NCBI GenBank assembly: GCA_964016885.1
Contig: OZ024741.1
Span: 152,210,001-152,274,000, forward strand
Length of the DNA stretch: 64,000 nucleotides
From: Eledone cirrhosa
Lineage: Eukaryota
Reading direction: 5' to 3'
The stretch's first letter is position 1. The number at the start of each line of letters is the position of its first letter. The notes under the pieces are model-generated. The model had not been told where the DNA came from and searched no databases. It was given only the letters and a program-made list of their open reading frames with translations. The position numbers and the translations under genes were made by a program. Below are positions 53,420 to 64,000 of this stretch, piece by piece.

Positions 53420-55180
53420 GACATTCTAACATTCTTCTTCTTCTCCTCCTCCACAACCCAAGGAGAAGGAGGCCATTTCAGAAGCAACTGACTCCAAATG
53501 ATCCTGCTGAATCCCCAAGCAAGACTGACAGAGCTTATGGATGTTATCCAACCATCATGCTCATGGACTACCTTCTACTGGTTGGCTTTTCCAGTAATTC
53601 TTTCCATTACATTCTAACCACATATCTATAGTACCAGAGCTGTGATCTCTTGATTCAGAAAAGTAGCAGCTCGACCTGATTACTGACCTGCACACTCTAT
53701 CAAGTAACCTTACTCCAAAGACCTTTCGCAGGAACCCCACTTCAGCCACATCATCATCATCGTTTAACGTCCATCTTCCACGCTTGCATGGGTTTGGACG
53801 GGAATTTTCCCACTTGAGGCAAGATTGGTTGTCTTGCTCGTATAGGACTGTCTGGCGGGTTTTCTACGGCTGGATGCCCTTCCTAACACCAACCACGTTT
53901 ACAGTGTGGACTTTGAGGTTTTTACCGTGTTACCTACACGGCCACATTACAGCGTGGATGTGTGTTTTTTTGTACCTACACGACCTCATTTATTTCGGAC
54001 TGGATGTTGTGGTACCAACATAACTTTACATTGAAAGGGGTGGTGTGGATGGGGTGGGGGGTAGTGGGACAGGGGTGTATTTTTGTTAGAGGTGCCTACT
54101 GACTGTAGGTTTCGCTTTGTACTTAGGCAAGGCGGGTCTTCTGTGTTACTGTGTAGCGCCAAAGATCTTGGTCCAGTGACATTGTCTTGGAGAGGTGTAA
54201 GTGTGTGAGGTCGGAATTTATCAAGTTGTCCCAGGTTTTTCTGGGTCTGCCTACTCCGTGGCTACCGTCTATTTTTATCGCCCTGCACTTTTTTATACAG
54301 CTGTCGTCTTTCATGCGCATCACGTGACCGTACCAACGTAGTCTTCTCTCGAGTAAACAACATTTGATCCCTCTTATTCCTAATTTCTCCCTTAGCTCGT
54401 TTATGCTTTGCCGTTCACGTATATTACTATTACACATCCAGCGGAGCATGCAAGCTTCGTTCCTCTCCAGTCTGCGTATATCCTCTGCACACAATGCCCA
54501 AGTCTCACTGCCATGTAACATTGCTGTTCGTATGCAGGCATTATACAGCCTGCCTTTCATTACCTAGCAATCCTGAACACCTCACGTTTTTGGTCCTCGC
54601 GTTGTAGAACATGCTTGAACTTTCTTTCCTCTGCTTCCCTTCTTGCGAAGTACACTTGTCTCCTAGCTTCCCTTCTTGCGAAGTACACTTGTCTCCTAGC
54701 TTCCCTCCTGGCCACTTGATAGTCTTTTCTACTTCCCCCATCCCGCCATAGTTTCCAAGCCTGCTTTTTGGCCTTAATTGACTCCTCCACCTTACTGTTC
54801 CACCACCACGTTACTCTCCTCCTGCCTATAGGTCTGACCCAGCCACAGACTTCATGTATTTGTGATTGTATTCTCAATCATTACCTCAAATTCATGACCA
54901 TGTGTAAGGGTAGGCATGAACACTGAATTGAAGCTAGTGAGTTTGACTTTTACACCTACCTCTCTTCTTCTGATGACCAAATGCTGAAGCTGGCATATTA
55001 CTGTACCATCTCCAGCAATTCTTACATTTAATTCAGCCTCCTGCCTTCCATCACTCATGAAAACAGTGCTGCTTCTTCACTTACTTCAGTGTAACTCTAC
55101 TCACATGCTGAGTGCACAATGCAGGCTTTCTTGAGAGGACAAGTGTTTCAGTTTTTGCAGCATCGATTTCCACTCCTGCC
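53420..55180 (-). mobile_element. Older RTE-like LINE remnant (53420-53750 and 54853-55180) split by a younger RTE insertion
   Basis: KLTSFNSVFMPTLTHGHE... continues as (V)AEVGFLRKV on the far side of the insert. Confidence 0.65.
53751..54852 (-). mobile_element. Internally deleted RTE-clade LINE with (GAT)n tail
   Basis: The TWWWN linker is joined to KGRLYNACIRTAMLHGSETW...RRLRWYGHVMR...GRPRKTW. The 3' UTR ends in GAT repeats. Confidence 0.85.
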
Positions 55181-57521
55181 ATTAGTTACTTAATATTCTA
55201 AAAATACTAATTTTGCTTCTGCTAACTAACCCAAATATGTCAACACCCACCTGACATAACACATCTTCTAGGTAGACTGTTGTAATTGTATGTATTAATC
55301 CTTTCCTCATCATACTTCCAATGAAAATAACCAAGAATTTTTAGGAATTTAAATGTAATTTCTTTTATTATTCAGCTGACGTTTGGAGTATAGTTTTAGA
55401 AAGATTCTTTCATAGAATTATGATGGAAGGTTTTAGATAAATATAAACACTTTAACTCTTTCAATACCATGTTTCTAATGAAAGACACTGCCTATAATTT
55501 TGAAAATAATCAAGAATGTACCTACTTCTTTATTAACCTTAGTTCTGTACAAGGTAGAATTATTCTGTGATAATGGAAGTGAGAGAATGTTTTACATGTG
55601 GTTCTATTCCTCGTATGTGCCTCTGTCTACTTTTTTCCATCTACAGGGGTACTTTCCCCAACTTTCTTGATTATTATTACTATGGTCATTTGCATTGGGA
55701 TGTACACATTTGAAATTTCAAATTTTCCAGTGCTTCTTAAGCCACACCTTGTTTATTTTCAAATATATTCTTGAGGTTGTTATATCTCTCTCTTAGCCAA
55801 TGTATCCTCTTCGTGTGACAGACTTTTGTAACATGACATTCCTATACAGTTTTAGACTTGGAGATTTTTCTGCTACCACCATGGATTGACAGTATCAATA
55901 CCGTGTCGAACAAAATACTTTAGATACAGCCCTCTATGTTTTGGTTTCAAATCTCAACAAGGTCAACTTTGCTTTTCATCCTTCCAGGGTTGATAAATAA
56001 AGTAGCAGTCAAATTGTTGGCCTTGTGCCCATGTTAAAAATGGAAGGGAAAACAGACATTAAATGATGATGATGATCATAATCATCATCATGATATTTAA
56101 AAGATGTCTTTGTTCAATTTATATCTTAGATAAAGAGTTCTTAGAAATTTGGTTATCTTTCACTGTTTTGTATTAGATGTGTGTGTGAAGGCATGGGGTA
56201 TATGGGTTTTCCTGTATAACTATGTACATAAATCTATATTTATGTGCAGAGTGAGTGGTATGTAGGCATGTGTTTCTGTGTATTTGCAGGTGTGTTTATA
56301 TATATATATGTGTGAGTGAGTGGGCATGTCTGCTTCTGTATGCTTGTATATCTATATTTGTGTGTGTGTGTATGTCTGTCTGTATGTATATGTATGTCCT
56401 GTTTATATCTATATTTGTGTGTCTATGTGTTTATATATCTATATCTCTATGTGTATGTATGTATGTGCTTATGTCTATCTTTGTGTATGGAAAGAAATAA
56501 TAACCTGTTTTATTTTCAGAATGGGTGTGGCATTATCTTTGTTCATTATGTACTTTTAGTTGTTTATTGTTGCTGTTGTGATATAGCTCTTCCTGGTATA
56601 GATCCTTTTGTTTCTTCCTTGTACAACCCTTCTCCAGCCACATCTATGGAATATTTAAGGATATGTGAAAGCTTGTGGCCTTGTGGTAAGAGTGTTTGGC
56701 TAACGGTTGTAATGTCATGAGTTCAATTCCTGGACCAGTTGACACATTGTGTTTTTGATCAAAACACTTCATTTCACCATATCTAACTCATATATTCTAT
56801 TTTGGTGGGGTTTCTATGGCTGGATGCTCTTCTTGAAATCTACCTACATCTTCTTAGTCTTTAGCAACATACAGAAGTTAGGGTCTAGGCTTTCCTCTGT
56901 TGCTTACCTACCTACATTATTCTTTCTCATCCTCCATTGTCACACACATACATACAGGCATACACACCCACAGAAAATACCAGTTAAGTACTGGTTTCCA
57001 ATTTAAATTGGCTTTCACCTGCTCACAAATTACTGGACTTGTGCCTGATTAGAAAACCATTATTCCAGTAATGTTATCAACTCATATATCTATATATATC
57101 ATGTTTGCATGATTTTAAATTTAGATGAATCAAAATTAATAAGCATAATCATATTTAATCTCTACCATTTAAATAAATATTACATGCTTGCATACACATA
57201 GGAATGTGTGTGTGCATATCATCATCATCATTTTACGTCCGCTTTTCCCTGCTTGCAAGGGTGGGACGGGAACTGATTCTGGCTTGATTTCTACAGCTGG
57301 ATGCCCTTCCTAACACCAACCTCATTTACAGTGAGTGCTGGGTGCTTTTCTTTCCATGGCACCTACACGTCCACTTTACAGTGTAGGCTGGGTGCTTTTT
57401 TGCCGTGGCACCTCCACAACCACTTTGCAGTGGAATGATAAGGACCCCAGTCCTATCATCTCATTTCTACAGCTGAGTAAACTGGAGCAATGTAAAATAA
57501 AGTGTCTTGCTCAAGGAAACA

Positions 57522-57593
<72 letters not shown>

Positions 57594-58794
57594 ATATGTA
57601 CGATTGTATGTATATGTATGATTGTGTGTATATATATATGTGTACATAAGTATGTATGTGTTTATAAACATGTTTGTGTGTATGTATGCACATATGTTCA
57701 TATGCTTGTGATATAAAGTTTACTATATGCAAATACCTCCCACTTCTTGTGCTATCCCAGTTTTATGAAATTTTGATAAGCATCATTGTTTAGTGAAGTA
57801 TATAAATCTTTAACTATATATGTAGATATGTCACTGTAAGTATGTGTCAGATTGTTTATATTAGGTGGTGAGTAATCTGTGTTAGTGTTTGTGGTTTGAA
57901 TTATAATAAGTCACTTCTGTGTTCTCAATTCTTGAGGAATCTTTCAGTAGCTAAAGTGATAAGTATGTATGTATGTCAGGTCGCTCTTCAGCAAAACTTG
58001 TAGCATGTAACCCAGTACAACCTGTGCATGGTTGGGTCATCGGTGACTAAACTGGCAATCGCATCAAACTTGCTTGGTCAGAAGGGTGATTTTGGACACC
58101 CTGCAGGATGAAAAAACAAAACCCATCAAAAGGCAGAGGAACTCAGGAGAGCCAATAGTTTTTTTTTTTAATTTTTATTTTGGAGCCAGAGACTCCTAGT
58201 CTTCATTAAGACATCTCTAGTGGTAAGGGTGTTGGACTTACGACCATAACGGTATGGGTTCAATTTCTGGACTGGGTTGTATGTTGTGTTCTTGAGCAAA
58301 ACACATTCATGTTGCTCCAGTGTACTCAACTGAAAATAAGTACTAGCAATAGCTGGGAGTTTAACCCTGTGATGGACTGCGGTCCTGTCCAGGAGGGAGT
58401 GTTGTACTCTGTCATTTAATGCCATGGAAACTAGGATAAGCACCGGCCTGATGAGCCTCCAGGCTCGAGACAGACTTTAGACTTAAACTTCGTTTGCATC
58501 CAATGATGTAGATCAGTTCTTCTTTTGGGGCAAATGCATTCAATGTTCAAAGAGTGGCATTGGCCCCGTGCAAAGCCTTTCCTCACTTAAAATAGCTTCA
58601 AGCACAGGTATCGCTTGATATGTGACATTTTTTTGTGCTGCATGGTATTGCTGGCCATAGGCAAGTTCCTAGCAGAGCAAAAAAGCCACGTCTGTGATGC
58701 TCATGCTTTATGATGGCATTACTTGAAATCATGTATGTATGCATGCATATGTGTGTGTGTGTGTATGTATATATATATATATATATATATATAA

Positions 58795-59155
58795 CGAAGG
58801 AAATGTGGTAAGGAACCAGATGGACCATAACGCACCAAAGTACTCAATACTTAGGGTAGTAGAGTGGGTAATAGGAATGAGTAGGACCCCGACGGCTGAG
58901 CTCGAGCCGTTTCGACGGCTAATTCTGGACTAAATGAGAATTTTTATCCTGGTATATGAATAGCCGAGCTTCTCAGGGGGTAATTCCATATATGGTAAAA
59001 GTGATTGTCACAAGGATTGGTCAAAATCACTTTTACCATATATGGAATTACCCCCTGAGAAGCTTGGCTATTCATATACCAGGATAAAAATTCTCATTTA
59101 GTCTAGAATTAGCCGTCAAAACGGCTTGAGCTCAGCCGTCGGGGTCCTACTCGTT

Positions 59156-59160
<5 letters not shown>
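58795..59160. mobile_element. PLE pLTR fold-back (same family as 11748-12100) with extended-stem-II hammerheads in both arms
   Basis: 58870-59005 is the reverse complement of 59026-59160. Flanked by (TA)n. Confidence 0.85.
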
Positions 59161-59189
<29 letters not shown>

Positions 59190-59834
59190 CATCATCATCA
59201 TCATACAACTATTTTCCATGCTTGCATGGGTTAAAAGGGTTGTTATGTTCTGAGGCTAGAGATGTATGGTGACCATGTCTTGCTCATATATTCTATTTTT
59301 GGCATGGTTTCTATTGCTGAGTGACCTTAATGCCAACCACTTTATATATATATATACACACCCACACCCACACATACATGTGTGTGTGTAAGCTATGTCC
59401 ATGTATATTATATGTGTATGTATATATATAAAATATATAAACCTTCCATTGTATAGCACTGCTATCAGTGACCTCATAATTACTAATTACTACAACACTA
59501 ACTCAATAGTCACTTTTACATCCTACATACACTGATAAACTGAGGATTGTTCAACTTTTAGAAGATTGTGTGTTTGTGCGCACACACACATATATATAAT
59601 AAAGAGAGAAATACACACATCTACCTAAACGTATTTAAAACAATATAACTTCCATTGATGCATGTGCAATGATAACCAAAGTGAATTAAAGCTGGTTATG
59701 AATTTGTGTAAGGACTGTGTGCACAAAAGCAACCTTCATTTTTATATGTCCGTCTGTCTCCTTACCTGTCTTGTCTGTTTCTTCTCATATATTTATTACA
59801 CACTAATGAGGAATGTCATTTTCAGTTACTAATG

Positions 59835-60018
59835 AGTAATTGGCAGTATCGGTAGAGGGTTGGACGCCATGCTTTCCAGCATAGTTACGTCCCTTTACGG
59901 TCTGAGTTCAAATTCCGTCGAGGTTAACTTTGCCTTTCATCCTTACGGGGTCGATAAAATAAAGTACCAGTAATGAACTGGGTAATTGCTGGCCTTGTGC
60001 CAAAAAGTAGAAACAATT
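59835..60018 (+). mobile_element. tRNA-derived SINE
   Basis: Family head and body. Confidence 0.85.
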
Positions 60019-60774
60019 AATGAGTATAAAAAAAAAACATTAACAAAAAACACACAAGCATGTACATGTATATGATAACACACACAAACAGTCTCACTTG
60101 TATGTATGCATGCAGTATATATATATACAGTATATATATATATATATAGTTGTAAAAGGGTGTAAAGTTCCATACAAATCGAAAATTATAGGTAAAAATT
60201 AAAGTAAAATGCACAGGGGTAGATTTAAAGATTACATTTTTCTTTAATTCAACAGAAAAAATACTTTTTATAATTGTTACATTAAATGGATTTAAGTTTT
60301 GTTAAATATTACTGGTTTTGATTGGTATATCAATCTTATCAAATATTAAAAAAAACGTTTGTTCTATTCTCAGGCAGTTAGAACATATGAGAATTTCTCT
60401 CAAAATCTCTTCTTATCTGTTTTCTAATTTTCACTCACAAAGCATTTGTTGACTCTAAGCTACTCTAGAAGACACCTGAATGAATCTAAAACTACATGGG
60501 TGAGGTGTGTTTCTTAACCACACAGCCACCCCTTCACCTGTATTAAATGATATATATTTGATAGAGTATTTCAGTAATTTATTCTTTTCGGGTATGCATT
60601 CAGTGAACCCCAATTCAACCACTAGAGTTTTGGTTTAGGATTTAAGATTAGGATTAAAGTTTAATGTTAGGTTATGAGATTAGGATTAAATGGAGAAAGG
60701 TGGATTGAAAAAACAGAAATCATGAAAATGTTCACTTTCTTCCCAAGCAGTATCAGGTAGCTATCTAGTATATA

Positions 60775-62035
60775 TCATCATCATCATCATCTGTTTATGT
60801 CTGTTTACATGCTTGCATTGGTTGCCAGGTCTTTTTCAGCAAAGTATCCTTCCATCTTCCATTCGTTGTGTTCCTTTGTCATCTCCCCTGTGAACTTCAG
60901 TGGTTTGAGTTTAGCTTTCATCACCTCTGCTTAGGTCTTCCTTAATCTACCTCTACTGCAGCTACCTTCCACTGTGATTACCTAGTACTTCTTTACCCAA
61001 TGATCAACATCCATACACATCACGTATCCATGCGAGTACAGTCTTCTCTCATGCGTATATTTAATTTCTCATACTGTTATTCTTTCAGTGCATCCATGCT
61101 TCTCGGTTCATGCACATTAACATCATACACCCATCAAAGCATGCTTGATTCATTTCTTTCCTGTCTTTGCACTTACTACTCATGTTTCACTGCCATGCAA
61201 CACGACACATCATATACAGGCATCAAACAGCCGGCCTTTCATTCATAGAGAGAACATTTTTGTTGTCAACAGAGGCAGTAGTTATCTGAACTTTTTCAAG
61301 CCTGTTCTTATTTTAATACTATGGTTTCAGAGCAACCACTTCCACTGCTAATTAGGTCATGTAGGTAGCAAAAGCTATTAACCATCTCTATGGAGCCTTC
61401 ACAGGATTGGAAAAACCTTATTTTACTGTACCTATGTGCATCTCCAACATAGAAGACTACCTTTTCAGTTAGCCTGCCTATAATCCCATTGCATCTCTTG
61501 TATATCCAAAATTTATATTGTGTACATTGTAACTACTTTTCATATAAATTACCCTAATGGAATTAGAATCCTGTCTTCTTTCCTACTTACTGTAACTTTG
61601 GTTTCTGTTAGGTTTTCTCTGAGTCCTTTAGATTTTAAGTTTTGTTTCCATTGTAAGAATTTCTTGTTTAGCTCATCCAGGGATTCAGCTATAAGAATCA
61701 GGCCATCAACATATAGGTATCCCCATCAACAGCCAGCCTTAAACTCCTCAGTTGGCTTGGAGGACTATAATAAACAAAAGTGGGCTGAGGACTGAGCCCT
61801 GATGAACTCCTACTTGCACATTGAATTCCTCACTAAACCCATTATCAACTCCCAATTTACTGACAGCACCTCTGTACATGGCTTGCACTGCTCTCACAAG
61901 TCACTCATTTACACCCAGTTTAATTAAGGACTAGCAGATAATGAATCTTTGTCAGTGGCCTTTTCCAGATTAACAAAAGCTAGATATAGAGGCTTACACT
62001 TAGCTAGGAATTTCTTTTGTAGTTGTCTCACTATG
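60775..62035 (-). mobile_element. Decayed RTE-clade LINE (RT region to tail)
   Basis: KPLYLAFVNLEKA.D, relics of GVHQGS.LSP and Y.DDL, and a (GAT)n tail at ~60775. Confidence 0.7.
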
Positions 62036-62129
62036 AGGCCCTTTGTGGTGCACCTCCCTGTCACAAAACTATATATATATATAAATATACAGTATGCAGC
62101 AAACAACCACAAGAGACAAGTGCTATCAA

Positions 62130-63115
62130 AATCTGGGAAGGCTCGATAGAAACAGTAGACAGCTTCTGCTACCTGGGTGACTGAATTAGCAGTGGAGGTG
62201 GGTGTTCTGAAAGGCAGTAGCCAGAATAAGAATGGGATTGAAAAAATTCAGGGAGCTACTACCACTGCTGGCTACGAAAGGCTTTTCCCTCAGAATGAAA
62301 GGCAGACTGTGATGCATGCATACGGACAGCAATGTTGCATGGTAGTGAGACCTGGGTGCTGTGTGCAGAAGGCTTGCTTAGATTGGAAAGAAATGAAGCT
62401 TGCATGCTCCAATGGATGTGTAATAGCAATATACGTGAACGGCAAAGCATAAATGAACTGAGAGAGAAACTAGGCATAAGAGGAATCAAATGCTGTGTGC
62501 AAGAGAGATTACGTTGATATGGACATGTGATGAATATGAAGGATGACAGCTGCATAAAAGGTGCAGAGCACTCAAAGTTGATGGAAGCCTTGAAGTGGGG
62601 AGATCTAGAAAGAATGGGATAAGGTGATAAAAGCTGACCTTGCACCTCTGAAAGGCGATGAAACAGGACCAAGATCTCTGGCGTTACGCAGTAATACAGA
62701 CGACCCAACTTCCCAGACACAGACCGAAACTGAAGCATATATACAGTATGCACCACCCCACCCTCCCATACATCTCTCATAAGGACAGGCTGAAGTATAC
62801 ATCCAGTGAAGCCCCCAACCCACACTGTAAAGTGGTCATGATGGTGACACTGTAAAGTGGTCCTGTAAGTATCACGAAAAAAGCACCCAGTCCACACTGT
62901 AAAATGGTCATGTAGGTGACAAAACGCACCCCAGTACTCACTGTAAATGAGGTTGGCATTAGGAAGGGTATCCAGCTGTAGAAACCAAGCCAAAATCAGT
63001 TCTGTATGAGCAAGACATGGTCACCTGACCTAGCATAGCCCACAACAAGACAACTCATCTAACCCATGCTAGCGTAGAAAAATGGATGTAAAATGGTGAT
63101 GTTGATGATGATGAT
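62130..63115 (+). mobile_element. RTE-clade LINE 3' fragment, same family as 53751-54852
   Basis: MLHGSETWVLCAE...RLERNEACML.WMCNSNIRERQSINELREKLGIRGIKCC, with a GAT tail. Confidence 0.8.
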
Positions 63116-64000
63116 ATATATATATATAGAGAGAGAGACAGAGATAGAGCGAGAAGGGTGTGCATGACTAAATGCTTAAGGAGTGTAGCACCTCATGCAA
63201 GTGTCTTCTACTATAGCCTTGGGTTGACCAATGCTCCTTGTGAGTGGAATTTTGTATATAGAAACACCACCTCCAACAACAATACCAGTGTTGCCAAAAC
63301 CATACTCAACATCACTACAACCACCATGACTGATTACCACTCATCCAGCCAACACCATAAAAAAACCATCATTACCACCAACACCTCCAACCACTAACAC
63401 CATCAACACCAGCCACCACAACACATGTGAATAACATTATTTATTCTTTGAAAAATGAAAAAGTAAGATAAAAAAAAAACTGTGTGTGTGTCAGTGTCTG
63501 AAGAGACAAACACAAACAGACTAAATTACTAGAGAAGTAAGCAGATGAGGCAGGGTGGTGAGTGGATGGTTCTAGTTTCTCACTTGATTCCCCACTCTCT
63601 TGGCAATAAGGGGTGCCTTTGTCTGATATATATATATATGTATATATAGAAAGAGAGAGAGAGAAAGGCCTATGAATCAGGACACAAACACACATACACA
63701 TATACATATATATGTGTATGTGTGTGTTTGTGTACACATTCCTCCCTGGTGAGATATGCACCTCCCAACATAATGTAGTTGTTAGTGAGTTTAAAATTAG
63801 AGCTACACAAACTCAGACGCAAAAGGCAACTTGGATGAGAAGGACATGGAAGTTGAAAGAGCCCTGGACTTGTAATAAATTCAGAAATGTTTTGGTTAAT
63901 GTCAAGGAAGTAAAAATAGACTTACAACATAGAACAATAGCAATTTCTTAACCCTTTAATGTTCAAACCGGCCAAAACCGGCCAGAATTCTCTACCTGTT

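Noticed and set aside
58440-58475. CTGATGAGCC hammerhead-like string
   Set aside because: There is no properly placed GAAA or stem I; it looks like the tail of a SINE.
49547-64000. Further DBNL exons
   Set aside because: No AG-flanked segment encoding the expected ADF-H continuation (W-x-x-F-x-Y-E-G) was recognised. It probably lies beyond the window, though a short exon could have been missed.

Overview
This is AT-rich, microsatellite-dense animal genomic DNA. The repeat inventory suggests a cephalopod such as Octopus, but that is inference only. One host coding exon is recognisable: the first coding exon of a drebrin-like/Abp1 (DBNL) gene at 49464-49546 (+). Most of the rest is mobile DNA: the 5' half of a Tx1/L1-clade LINE next to a (GATA)n array, a decayed RepHel Helitron plus several non-autonomous Helitrons, Penelope-like elements (PLEs, with Naiad-type GIY-YIG domains), R4/Dong, RTE and CR1 LINE remnants, a bipartite RTE-derived element in (CATA)n arrays, and many copies of a tRNA-derived SINE. 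The most striking structure is a set of about a dozen apparently unrelated short elements. Most sit in or beside (TA)n tracts, many are fold-back (inverted) duplications, and each carries a hammerhead-ribozyme-like motif, often with a variant core (CCGAAGA, TTGAAAA, TTGACAA, CTGAGAA, CGGAAGA). One family has a greatly extended stem II. One palindrome is interrupted by a clean Helitron insertion in a single arm, which argues against an assembly or amplification artefact. All ribozyme folds and element boundaries were read by eye and are approximate.
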